Part shown: in pieces, positions 1-9,072 of the stretch
Layout: every line of letters starts with the position of its first letter
Position numbering within the stretch: position 1 is the first letter of the stretch
Assembly: GCA_041665925.1 (NCBI GenBank)
Contig: JBAYHW010000001.1
Location: 11,282 to 75,281 of the forward strand
Source: Minisyncoccota bacterium
GTDB lineage: Bacteria; Patescibacteriota; Minisyncoccia; Phycocordibacterales; UBA9973
Direction: 5' to 3'
DNA length: 64,000 bases
Position numbers and translations under genes: made by a program
Notes under the pieces: model-generated
Told to the model about the DNA's origin: nothing
Seen by the model: the letters and a program-made list of their open reading frames with translations, nothing else
The model's database searches: none

Positions 1-24
1 AATTAACATACGCTCAAGAAAAAA

Positions 25-40
25 CCCCGAGAAACGGGGG
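25..40. terminator. GC hairpin (ccccg-agaaa-cgggg) flanked by an A-run and T-rich tract; bidirectional intrinsic terminator
   Basis: stem-loop followed by T-run on both strands. Confidence 0.45.
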
Positions 41-237
41 TTGCTTCTTAGGACTATCTCGGATGTATTACCATAGCTTATAGCTAAGTGGGTGTTAGAC
101 GTGTGTAACCAAGGCTACACTCGATCGAAACTCCCATAAATTAGTGTTCTAGGTAATAACCAGAAATAACCCTACTTAAACTATACACCTCCCAATTTTT
201 TCTGCAACATAGACAAAAAAATTTTATTGTTTCCGAA

Positions 238-837
238 TTATTTTGTATTTAAAACTACAATTTTTCTTTTTAGGCTCTCCAGAGATTTGAAATGTTCAGT
301 GTGAAAACCGAAATCTTGGGCTCCTTTTATATTTTTAATGTCATCATCTACAAAAAGTATCTCACTTTTCTGTATAGCATGTAATTCACTCCATATTTTT
401 GAGAAAAAGTTTGAACTAGGCTTCTGGTGACCCAAATTAGCAGAAGAATATGTTTTATCGAAGCTCTTAGCAAAACCTAATTTATCCAACATGTACTGAA
501 AACGATATTTTTCATTATTAGTCGCCAAAAAACACAGAACACCTTGATTCCGCAACTCTTGAATATATTGGATTAGATCCGCATCAAGCTCACTCTCTAG
601 CTTAAACCAATAATCTAACAAGGCGTCTACCCCCTTACTCCACCCCCACTCATTTAAATATGGGGCAACTGTTTCTTTTAGATCTTTATCGCCCACCAGG
701 CATTCCTGGAAAGGACCAACAAAAAATGGGAGTGTTTTTTCTAGTGAAATATCGTGCTTTTCTGCAAGTGTCTTACTAAACCTTCTCTTGGTGGGAATTA
801 AAACCCCATCAGCGTCAAATATAATAACCTTGATCAT
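238..837 (-). CDS. HAD-superfamily hydrolase (HAD-IA, beta-phosphoglucomutase-like)
   Basis: N-terminal motif I 'VIIFDADGVL' (DxDG); size and fold typical of HAD-IA. Confidence 0.6.
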   Translation of the reverse strand: MIKVIIFDADGVLIPTKRRFSKTLAEKHDISLEKTLPFFVGPFQECLVGDKDLKETVAPYLNEWGWSKGVDALLDYWFKLESELDADLIQYIQELRNQGVLCFLATNNEKYRFQYMLDKLGFAKSFDKTYSSANLGHQKPSSNFFSKIWSELHAIQKSEILFVDDDIKNIKGAQDFGFHTEHFKSLESLKRKIVVLNTK

Positions 838-841
838 AGAT

Positions 842-1462
842 TTATTTTACTCCAAATTTATCTTTAAAATAATTCACTTTAAAATCCCCAAAGTCAAAAA
901 TTTGATTATCGGTTTTATTTAATTCATCAATAAATTTAAAAAATCCTTCTTTGTCTATTACGTTCAATCCTAATTCCTGGCATACTTCTCTGATCTCATT
1001 TTCTACTTTGGCAAAATCCTCCTGGCCGTGGGCCATTTTTTCAGCCTCAAAATAATAATGTCCTCCGGGTGTTTTGACTAAAGCAAATTCAACATTTTTA
1101 TAATCGTAAACAATTGCGTCGCGTTTTGCCAGTGTGCCTTTCGTAAAACCAAGTTGACCAAATATCTCTACGAGAGTTTCGAATTCTCCTTCTTTTCCTT
1201 TGAACGAAAGCTCTCGCCTGCTCTCTGAGCCGCCCCAAGAGCCAAGCTTGACCACAACTTCCGGAATACCATTTGTTACACGTACTCTTATATCTTTTTG
1301 TCGATCACGAATTCCCTGTCCTTCCAGGAAAGTAGAGTAATCAATTAAAATACGATCTTTATTCTCTTTGAAAACAGCCTTTTCTTTAAAAAGATTTTTG
1401 GCGTTGTTGTATTTATCTTCGTTTAAAACACCCCTGACCTCCACCTCGATATCTTTGTTCAT
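842..1462 (-). CDS. CYTH-domain protein (CyaB/ThTPase-like), tentative
   Basis: N-terminal 'EVEVRG' resembling the CYTH ExExK signature; ~200 aa. Confidence 0.3.
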   Translation of the reverse strand: MNKDIEVEVRGVLNEDKYNNAKNLFKEKAVFKENKDRILIDYSTFLEGQGIRDRQKDIRVRVTNGIPEVVVKLGSWGGSESRRELSFKGKEGEFETLVEIFGQLGFTKGTLAKRDAIVYDYKNVEFALVKTPGGHYYFEAEKMAHGQEDFAKVENEIREVCQELGLNVIDKEGFFKFIDELNKTDNQIFDFGDFKVNYFKDKFGVK

Positions 1463-1483
1463 AAAATGTATATTAACATAAAA

Positions 1484-1500
1484 GCCCCCGTGAAGGGGCT
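1484..1500. terminator. intrinsic terminator hairpin (agcccc-gtgaa-ggggct) downstream of ndk
   Basis: GC stem plus T-tract on the minus strand immediately after the ndk stop. Confidence 0.55.
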
Positions 1501-1507
1501 TTGTTTT

Positions 1508-2092
1508 TTACTCGTCTACTCCGTAACGTTTGTAGTCATAGGTCTTACCTTCACCAAACCAGTGCTTGATTTCGTGTTCTGCTTCTTCTGGGGTCTCAGA
1601 ACAATGGATAATGTTTGCAACTGCTCGTTTCTCTTTGTTGGCAAGAACTGGAGAGTCTATTGAAAAATCACCTCGAATTGTACCAACTGCGGCACGATAT
1701 GGCAAAGTATCCCCCGCAAGTTTGCGAACAATATCTACCGCATGAGCCCCTTGGATAACCATTTTTACTAAAGGCGCTGTCTGCATATAAGCCACTAACC
1801 ATTTGCGAACTTCTGGGCCAACCTTTGAAGTATCGTCAGTGCCAAAGTCAGAAATCATGTCGTAACCGTATTTTTCGTAAGTAGACTTAGTTTTTTCTCC
1901 TAGGCGAGTGATCCATGCATCATCTTTTGGGTAGTGATTATGGATTTGGTCGTGAGTAGGTTGAAACATTTCAAGCGCAACAATCTTAAGATCGTGTTGT
2001 TCAAAACGCTTTAATACCTCGCCGACTAGACCCTTGCGCACGCCATCGGGTTTAACCATAACAAATGTCTGTTCTTCTTTTGGATGTTTCAT
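1508..2092 (-). CDS. ndk: nucleoside diphosphate kinase (with insertion)
   Basis: 'FVMVKPDGVRKGLVGEVLKRFE' and active-site 'NIIHCSE' (NIIHGSD-like). Confidence 0.8.
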   Translation of the reverse strand: MKHPKEEQTFVMVKPDGVRKGLVGEVLKRFEQHDLKIVALEMFQPTHDQIHNHYPKDDAWITRLGEKTKSTYEKYGYDMISDFGTDDTSKVGPEVRKWLVAYMQTAPLVKMVIQGAHAVDIVRKLAGDTLPYRAAVGTIRGDFSIDSPVLANKEKRAVANIIHCSETPEEAEHEIKHWFGEGKTYDYKRYGVDE

Positions 2093-2100
2093 AAATCTTT

Positions 2101-2439
2101 TTAATTAACTTGTAAATTTTTTCTAATTTCGTTTTTTATATCCTCTATATCCTTTGCCAATATCTGTCGGGCATATTCTATATCATGCTCAGCTTGTTTT
2201 TCATCCCCTGTTTCTCTCTTCCTTGCTTCAATTTTGACCAAGTTATCTTTATATTTTTGTAATACTGTATTAAAATCTCGCTCTATTTTCTTCAGAAGAC
2301 CCTCGAACCTCTTTTCAACCGCTTGAAGTGCTAGATGTTTTATTTCTGCCACAAAGTCAACAAGGTCATTAATAGTATCTTCTGGTTTATTCTTTAACGA
2401 AGGTCCGTTGTGTGCTTGGAATGCATCCTTATTTTTCAT
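2101..2439 (-). CDS. hypothetical coiled-coil protein
   Basis: charged heptad-like sequence, no recognisable motif. Confidence 0.3.
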   Translation of the reverse strand: MKNKDAFQAHNGPSLKNKPEDTINDLVDFVAEIKHLALQAVEKRFEGLLKKIERDFNTVLQKYKDNLVKIEARKRETGDEKQAEHDIEYARQILAKDIEDIKNEIRKNLQVN

Positions 2440-2494
2440 AACGTTTATTCTAGCAGAAAAAGCCTATTTTGCAAAATTCAAAAAAAAATTACGC

Positions 2495-5260
2495 TTATTC
2501 CATGCTCGTATATCTCGCCATGATTTCAGCTTCCACTTCGGCGCGGTCGCGACCATATTTTACATACGAAAGTTCTTTCAAGCTATCTACATTCTCCATA
2601 TTTCCTTTTTCTGGAGCGAGGGTATGCAAGTTAAAGGGTTTAGTTGGCTGGCCTTTGACTAGCATCGTCACATACGCATTATAGTTATCAAGTTTGGTTA
2701 TATCATGCGCAGTAAATTGTGGCTTAAATTTTGGTTCCAAGAATGTAGCGTCTTCTGTGCCCACACGGAACACAGCCATGGATCCGACGTTACCGAACAC
2801 GGCATTTTTAATATTTTCTTCCAACTGGGTAATGTACTGATGCGCAATATTGAGAGAGAGACGATATTTACGAGCCTCGGACAAAATAGAAGCGATAGAT
2901 TCTGTGGTCACGTTTTGGAATTCGTCAATGTAGAGATAGAAATCATTCATCGGCTTGCCGAACATGTCTACTCGGGAAAGTGCCGCCATTTGAATCTTCC
3001 CCACCAAAACAAGTCCAATCAAATTTGCATTTATGTCCCCGAGTCTACCTTTAGAAAGATTTACTAAAAGAATTTTCTTCTCGTCCATTATTTTTCTAAA
3101 ATTGAAAACAGAATTCTGCTGAAGCACCACCGGGCGCATAATGTCGTTTGAAATAAAGTTATCGAACTTGGAAGAAATATAAGGCACGAAGTTTGCAAGC
3201 GATTGGTCCCCTGTCGTCTGCTCTGCTGAAACCCAGAATTGTTTAATGATCGGATTCTTACATCTTGCAAGCTTCATATCTCGAAATTCTTTATCTCCCA
3301 AGACCCGAGTAATCTCAAGAAGCGTGGACCCAGACTCTGGGTCTTCCATAACCAGAAAGGCGCTATTTCTGAAGTATTGCTCAAACATCGCTCCGCCTCC
3401 GACTTTCATATCAAAAAGTTTATTAAAAATTCCCATCATTTCATTTACTACGAAAGTCTTCTGTTCTGGATATTTCGGATCATACTCTAGCATGTTGAGC
3501 CCCATAGGTCGCGCAGTATATGCTGGATCAAAATATATAACATCATCTATGCGCTCCTTTGGAATACGAGACAGGATAGTCTGGATGTCTGTGCCGTGTG
3601 GGTCTATATAACAGCAACCATCCCCATTCCTGATGTCCTGTGTAATCATATTGAGCATGATATTTGTCTTACCTGTTCCAGTCTGACCTATTACATACAT
3701 ATGTCGCATACGGTCCTCGCGAGCCATATGAATCTCTGTATCCCGACCTCTATAACTATTAACCCCGAGGATTATGCCTTCCTGCCCCATCTCAATAGGC
3801 GCCGGAGCGATGCCTGCTTTTGCTTCTTTCAATTGTGGCTGACTGCCTATGCCTACTGGAAAGTGAAAGACTGAAGAGAGTTCTTTCAGATTTAGCGGTA
3901 AGATTTTATCGTGTGAAAATGTGCGGTAAGAAAAATCATGGAAAAGCTTTTTTAGATCTCCTCCAGTCGCTTGTTCAAAAAGAAAAGAATTACTAGCCGC
4001 TTCAGAAAATTGGTTGAAAGAAGACTCTATTTCTTTCAAAATTGCCTCAGCACGTTCTTTCGTTTCCCCAGAAGCAATAATTCTAATATTGGCTTTCATA
4101 ATTGTGCTTTTTATTTTATTCCCTATTTTTTCTGCTGCACCTTCATCTACCGCCCGCCTACCTTTTATATATTTCTCTTTTTTATCTTCTTCGGTTTTTT
4201 CATGCCCGAAGATAAGGTCTTTTCCGGCTTTCAGAAAGGCTTTATTGAATTTATAGAAATTGTCCGCCGCATGTTTGACTGAGATGCCATCCTTGACGTC
4301 GTCTAAAATCAAATGAAATTCGTTGATAAACTTGTCTCCGGCTGGAGCAACAACAATCTGGATAGCCGCTCCTTCTCCTGAAGTTTTCAACTTAGAGAAA
4401 ACATTTAAAATTGGATTCATCGGGTCATGCTCGATGTTGTCGTAAGTTTTTATAGGTAAGACAGAACGTTGTGTAAAAGAAGCGTATGCGCCGACAGACC
4501 CTCCATTTTCGTTAAAAATATTATAGTCATCCGTAACTTCGCGAATCTTAGCATTATGGTAAAAAGCTAAAACTTGTTTTTCAAAAAGAGATAGGTGCTT
4601 GTTTGGAATAGCTGCATACACGACGACTTGATCGCTTTGATTTCCTAAAGCTACCTCAAGAACAAAGTAATTTTCTTTTTCGTTGTATTTCCCCTCTCCA
4701 ATAGACTGCATCCCAGCATAAAATTGCTCCATGGCTCCTATGAACTCTTTAAACCCTTTAGACTTATCTGCTTCATCTGTAGGAGGTGGAAGCGTAATTT
4801 CAAACAGAGTCATGTTGAGAGCTTTATAAACAGGTGTGCCTTCTTTAAAATCAAGCCCTATCTGACCAGTCTTCAAATATTGAATTAAAATACGGTGAAA
4901 GTCGTCTTCGATATGCGGACTCCCCATCGCTTGCACAACCGAGAGAGCGTTTCGGACACCTTTGGTTATCACGATACCCAGAAGCTCTTCCATGACGTTA
5001 TCGTGAGATTCGGGCTTAAGCGCGAGCACAATACCTTCAGCTTGTTGTTCTCCTATTACTCTATCTGGGTGAACCAGATTTTCAGCTGGTATTTTTTTAT
5101 ATTCACCTATGACATCGCGAGTAGCGTGCTCGCTTGCATGTTCTACGTGTCCGATTTTAATTAGTTGCTCTTCGCGAGCCTTCACGTGAGCACGTAAATA
5201 GTCTAGCTCCTCTTCTGGGCTTTTAAACTTCGGCATCTCTTTAAAGAATGTCGGGTTCAT
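2495..5260 (-). CDS. VirD4/TraG-like (AAA_10/DUF87-type) P-loop ATPase, ~480-aa unknown N-terminal region, no TM helices
   Basis: Walker A 'VIGQTGTGKTN', Walker B 'LYIDEFQN', coupling-protein-like 'HQYITQLEE..FGN'. Confidence 0.55.
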   Translation of the reverse strand: MNPTFFKEMPKFKSPEEELDYLRAHVKAREEQLIKIGHVEHASEHATRDVIGEYKKIPAENLVHPDRVIGEQQAEGIVLALKPESHDNVMEELLGIVITKGVRNALSVVQAMGSPHIEDDFHRILIQYLKTGQIGLDFKEGTPVYKALNMTLFEITLPPPTDEADKSKGFKEFIGAMEQFYAGMQSIGEGKYNEKENYFVLEVALGNQSDQVVVYAAIPNKHLSLFEKQVLAFYHNAKIREVTDDYNIFNENGGSVGAYASFTQRSVLPIKTYDNIEHDPMNPILNVFSKLKTSGEGAAIQIVVAPAGDKFINEFHLILDDVKDGISVKHAADNFYKFNKAFLKAGKDLIFGHEKTEEDKKEKYIKGRRAVDEGAAEKIGNKIKSTIMKANIRIIASGETKERAEAILKEIESSFNQFSEAASNSFLFEQATGGDLKKLFHDFSYRTFSHDKILPLNLKELSSVFHFPVGIGSQPQLKEAKAGIAPAPIEMGQEGIILGVNSYRGRDTEIHMAREDRMRHMYVIGQTGTGKTNIMLNMITQDIRNGDGCCYIDPHGTDIQTILSRIPKERIDDVIYFDPAYTARPMGLNMLEYDPKYPEQKTFVVNEMMGIFNKLFDMKVGGGAMFEQYFRNSAFLVMEDPESGSTLLEITRVLGDKEFRDMKLARCKNPIIKQFWVSAEQTTGDQSLANFVPYISSKFDNFISNDIMRPVVLQQNSVFNFRKIMDEKKILLVNLSKGRLGDINANLIGLVLVGKIQMAALSRVDMFGKPMNDFYLYIDEFQNVTTESIASILSEARKYRLSLNIAHQYITQLEENIKNAVFGNVGSMAVFRVGTEDATFLEPKFKPQFTAHDITKLDNYNAYVTMLVKGQPTKPFNLHTLAPEKGNMENVDSLKELSYVKYGRDRAEVEAEIMARYTSME

Positions 5261-5269
5261 TTGTTTAAA

Positions 5270-5280
5270 TTATAACACAG
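5270..5280 (-). promoter_or_regulatory. extended -10 'TGTGTTATAAT' 9 nt upstream of the ATPase ATG (near-leaderless)
   Basis: TGn-TATAAT match read on the minus strand. Confidence 0.4.
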
Positions 5281-5381
5281 GAAAAGAAAAGTATTAATTT
5301 TAGAGACTTGCGGAGGCTGTCGAGCCGAGCATGAATAAATTTTCAGCAGAAAATTATATGTGCTCTAAAATTGATATTTTT

Positions 5382-6158
5382 CTACACCTTGGTTAAAATC
5401 TCGGGTTCGCCGTCTGTAATTAAAATAGAATGTTCAAAATGTGCGCTACGCTTGCCGTCTGCTGTACGAATAGTGTACCCGTCATCATCTATGGTCACGT
5501 GTTTAGTCCCGAGGTTTAGCATCGGTTCTAGGGCGACAATCATCCCTGGCACCAGCTTCGCCCCCGTGCCCCTTTTACCGAAGTTTGGAATATATGGATC
5601 TTCATGAATCTCTCTGCCCACTCCATGCCCAGAGAGAACTTCCACAATGCCATATTTAACCCCTTTACGAGACCGCACGAAGCTCTCAATAGCATAACCG
5701 ATATCTCCTATGGTATTCCCCGCTCGCGCCGCATCGATGCCTACGTGCAGAGCTTCTTCGGTGGCTTCCATAAGTTTTAAATCTATTCCGCTCACTCGCC
5801 CGACGGGCACGGTCATAGCCATGTCAGTAAATAAATTTTTGTGTTTGACTCCGAGGTCTATCGAACAAATATCTCCCTCTTTTAAAATAAGATTTTTCTT
5901 TGGGATTCCGTGCACGACTTCATCGTTTACAGACACACAGAGCGTCGCAGGAAATGGTTTATCTGCTCCGTCTGGGCGATAATTTAAAAAAGCAGGAATA
6001 TCCCCCATTTCCCGAATTAGTTTCTCCGCATAAATATCTAAATCCTTTGTAGAAACGCCGGGGGCTACCATGTCTTTCACCTTATGAAGTACTGTCGCCA
6101 AGCGCTTCCCGCATTCACGGATTATTTCTATTTCTTCTGGGGTTTTTATTATTATCAT
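5382..6158 (-). CDS. map: methionine aminopeptidase type I
   Basis: typical MetAP-I sequence with metal-ligand Asp/His/Glu positions conserved. Confidence 0.85.
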   Translation of the reverse strand: MIIIKTPEEIEIIRECGKRLATVLHKVKDMVAPGVSTKDLDIYAEKLIREMGDIPAFLNYRPDGADKPFPATLCVSVNDEVVHGIPKKNLILKEGDICSIDLGVKHKNLFTDMAMTVPVGRVSGIDLKLMEATEEALHVGIDAARAGNTIGDIGYAIESFVRSRKGVKYGIVEVLSGHGVGREIHEDPYIPNFGKRGTGAKLVPGMIVALEPMLNLGTKHVTIDDDGYTIRTADGKRSAHFEHSILITDGEPEILTKV

Positions 6159-6268
6159 GATTTTAGATTTCTTGAGTATTAATTTTTGAAGGGGTTTCGA
6201 AGCTGACGAGCTGAGAATTTCAGGATTTTTTAAGCTTCAAAAAATCCGTACCAAAAAAAATTAATTAC

Positions 6269-6952
6269 TCAAGAAATTATTGTCCCGGCGAATTTTTCTC
6301 CAGCTAAACATTTTCTTAAATTATCAATAGGCTTGCCGTTCATAATAGACACTTCTATCCCGCCTTCTTCTGCTGCTTTCGACGCGATAGGATCAAATGG
6401 TGTACTCAAGCCTGCCGACGTCCATTCTTTCGGAATCAAATTTCTATAATCTGCCCAAGAAATGGTTTCCAGCTTTTTTGCATTCGGATTTATCTTTGGA
6501 TCAGAATCATATACGTGGTCTATGTTTGATAAGTTTATCACTTTTTTTGCTCCGACTGTTTTAGCTGCTAAAATTGCATCAAAGTCTGAGCTGTGACCTG
6601 GCTCCAGCGCTCCCCCAATTACAATTGGCTTATCTAAAGAAAAAGGCTTTGAGAGATCAACGATTACTTTACTGAAGGCTTGCCCACTGAAGACTACTCG
6701 TAACATTTCTGCGTTTAAATTATTCGTAGCAATTCCTATCCAATCTAAATCTTCTTTTGAAGCTGGGGTAACTTCGTTGGCTACGTTTTGATAATTCCTA
6801 CAAGTTTTTCCTCCACCCGTGATTATGACAAATTTTCTACCCTTCGCGACATGTTCAAGTATCAAACTTTTAAATTCTTTTAAAAAATTAATATCTATGC
6901 TGTCGGGAACAATCATAGAGCCCCCGAGTGAAATAATTATTGTTTCTTCCAT
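6269..6952 (-). CDS. pyrH: UMP kinase, archaeal-type (amino-acid kinase family)
   Basis: 'IIISLGGSMIVP...VIITGGG' AAK fold, ~225 aa. Confidence 0.6.
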   Translation of the reverse strand: MEETIIISLGGSMIVPDSIDINFLKEFKSLILEHVAKGRKFVIITGGGKTCRNYQNVANEVTPASKEDLDWIGIATNNLNAEMLRVVFSGQAFSKVIVDLSKPFSLDKPIVIGGALEPGHSSDFDAILAAKTVGAKKVINLSNIDHVYDSDPKINPNAKKLETISWADYRNLIPKEWTSAGLSTPFDPIASKAAEEGGIEVSIMNGKPIDNLRKCLAGEKFAGTIIS

Positions 6953-6953
6953 A

Positions 6954-7547
6954 TTAATATCCTAGAGCTTTAATAATATCGTTGTGAACATTTTCTATAG
7001 ACTGCTCACCGTTAATGGTATATACGGTATAGCCGTCCTTATCTTTAAAGTAATTCATCGCTGGCACGACTTTGTTCACATATTCATCGAATCTTTTGGC
7101 CAAACCTTCTTCTGTGTCATCGTGTCTACCGCGCAAAAGATTTCTTTTGGTGGCCTCATCCTTACTCAACTCTAGGTAGATTATTTTTATACTCTCACGC
7201 CCAATTTCTTTTATCTTACTCTCGAAAACTTTCGACTGAGAGACAGTCCTCGGGTATCCGTCAAAAAGACAGTGTTTGTCTGGCGACAGTTCCGTATCAA
7301 TTTTTTGCAGCACTAGCTGATTGGTCATCTCGTCTGGAATAAGCTGACCCCTATCTAACAACTCTTTTACTATGCGAGTATTTTCATCCTGAGCCGAAGA
7401 CTTAACTATATTCCTAAAAATTTCTCCAGTGCCCACATAAACCACTTCCTTGCCATCTTTGGCCTTTAAGTAGTCTATTAGGAGTTTAACCTGGGTTCCT
7501 TTGCCAGAACCTACTATTCCAAAAAATACAAAAGTCTGTGGTTGCAT
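6954..7547 (-). CDS. adk: adenylate kinase (start taken at internal Met 'MQPQTFVFFGIVGSGKGTQ')
   Basis: P-loop 'GIVGSGKGTQ', LID/AMP-binding regions; the ORF-track N-extension is unlikely. Confidence 0.8.
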   Translation of the reverse strand: MQPQTFVFFGIVGSGKGTQVKLLIDYLKAKDGKEVVYVGTGEIFRNIVKSSAQDENTRIVKELLDRGQLIPDEMTNQLVLQKIDTELSPDKHCLFDGYPRTVSQSKVFESKIKEIGRESIKIIYLELSKDEATKRNLLRGRHDDTEEGLAKRFDEYVNKVVPAMNYFKDKDGYTVYTINGEQSIENVHNDIIKALGY

Positions 7548-7569
7548 ATGTGTTATAATAGCATAAATT

Positions 7570-8139
7570 ATGAAGAAGGAAATCATCACCATAACTGGCA
7601 CTTTGGGCTCGGGAAAGTCAAGTACCGCCGACCTCGTGGCTCAAAAATTGGGCTTCGCTCGCTTTTCTTCCGGCGACTTTATGCGAAAGCTCGCAATAGA
7701 GATGGGCATCTCACTAAACGAGCTCAGTTTGAAAGCACAGGAAGACGACAGCATCGATGTAAAGATAGATGATGAAGTCAAAAAGGCCGGAGACCAAAAC
7801 AAAATAGTTATCGATTCCCGCTTGGCTTTTCATTGGATACCGGAATCTTTTAAAGTCTACTTGGACCTACCTCCGGAAATTGCAAAAGAACGAATTTTAA
7901 ATAATTTGAAAGAAAACGCCCTGCGCAAGCAAAGCGAAGACTCCTCTTCTCCGGAGGAAATACATGCAAAGATAGATGCGCGACTTGCTAGTGAGAGAAA
8001 AAGGTACAAAGATCTCTACGGCATAGAAAACCACACCGACAAAAGTAATTTCGACTTAGTCATCGACACAAACAAAAACAATCTCGAACAAGTTGTCGAA
8101 CTTGTGGTCTCCGAATATCGAAAGTGGCAAGAAAATTAA
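7570..8139 (+). CDS. cmk: cytidylate kinase-like nucleotide kinase
   Basis: 'ITITGTLGSGKSSTADLVAQKLG' P-loop NMP-kinase. Confidence 0.55.
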   Translation: MKKEIITITGTLGSGKSSTADLVAQKLGFARFSSGDFMRKLAIEMGISLNELSLKAQEDDSIDVKIDDEVKKAGDQNKIVIDSRLAFHWIPESFKVYLDLPPEIAKERILNNLKENALRKQSEDSSSPEEIHAKIDARLASERKRYKDLYGIENHTDKSNFDLVIDTNKNNLEQVVELVVSEYRKWQEN

Positions 8140-8145
8140 AAAAAT

Positions 8146-9030
8146 ATGCCAAAAGAAACATCCCCAAACATACGATCAATAGAGGGAAGAACTGGGAAAA
8201 GGAGAATTGCTTATCAGGAGGAATTCAGAAATTTACTTCGGGAGCATCCGGGTATTGTCCGAACGGCACAAAAACTTGCCAACCAAGCTATTGCTGAATA
8301 CAGTCCGCCTGAACTAAAAATGAAAAATGAGGAGGGTTATGTTCGAGAATTACAATATGACAAAGAAACAGGGCAATGGTTAAGACTAGTGGATGATGAA
8401 CTGTATGAAATAAAGAATGGTAAATTATTTTTCCCAGACCTAGACCCAGATGTAAAGCTGGGAGATTGGATTCCTATGGATTTTGGCCGAGGAACATTAC
8501 TTTACCCCGGAAAACCTATTATGGATGAAAGTAGCGGTTTAGTGGTATCAGTGTTAGGCAGGTCAAACAGAGAACTCTCTAATGATTTCACTATACGACG
8601 CGATAAATGTGATTATTTTACGATGACAATTGGGGATAAAACCTTTTTTGTAAAAAGAGCTTACGTAACCACCAACCCCGGCTGGAGCGAGTTTAAAAAT
8701 ACTATTTCCGCAAAAGAGGTACTGAAAGATCTTCCATTTGTAAAGGTTGCCGAGGCCCAATTGGGCTACCAGGATGAGAACGAAAGCTGGTATATTTCCA
8801 TGTGGGAGACTATAGAAAATGCTGGTTATGATTCTTATTCGACAACATTCCGCACGAAAGACTTAGTAGAAAAAGTCGATAAAATTCGGGATCGCCTCAG
8901 ATCTGTTTCATTAGATTATGACGTATCTGCTAATTTATTCTACAGTCCATTTACTGAAACTTTCATCCTAGTTGACGTAACGGGAACTGATCGTCTGGGT
9001 AACCCCATCTTAAAAAAATCTTCGGACTAG
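8146..9030 (+). CDS. hypothetical protein, 6 nt downstream of cmk (co-transcribed)
   Basis: 294-aa ORF, no recognisable motif. Confidence 0.3.
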   Translation: MPKETSPNIRSIEGRTGKRRIAYQEEFRNLLREHPGIVRTAQKLANQAIAEYSPPELKMKNEEGYVRELQYDKETGQWLRLVDDELYEIKNGKLFFPDLDPDVKLGDWIPMDFGRGTLLYPGKPIMDESSGLVVSVLGRSNRELSNDFTIRRDKCDYFTMTIGDKTFFVKRAYVTTNPGWSEFKNTISAKEVLKDLPFVKVAEAQLGYQDENESWYISMWETIENAGYDSYSTTFRTKDLVEKVDKIRDRLRSVSLDYDVSANLFYSPFTETFILVDVTGTDRLGNPILKKSSD

Positions 9031-9072
9031 CATGATGTTAGATCACTAAAAATTTCAAGCCCGATATACTTG

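Noticed and set aside
2408-2684. Plus-strand ORFs (84 and 71 aa) at the 3' ends of the coiled-coil and ATPase genes
   Set aside because: These are antisense shadow ORFs inside well-supported minus-strand genes. They are low-complexity and have no start context.
6954-7601. ORF-track N-terminal extension of adk (MPVMVMISFFIIYAIITH...), and the similar extension on rpsL
   Set aside because: Each extension is hydrophobic or aberrant and lies upstream of the canonical conserved N-terminus (MQPQTFVFFGIVGSGKGTQ; [10 protein letters not shown]). The internal Met starts were adopted instead.
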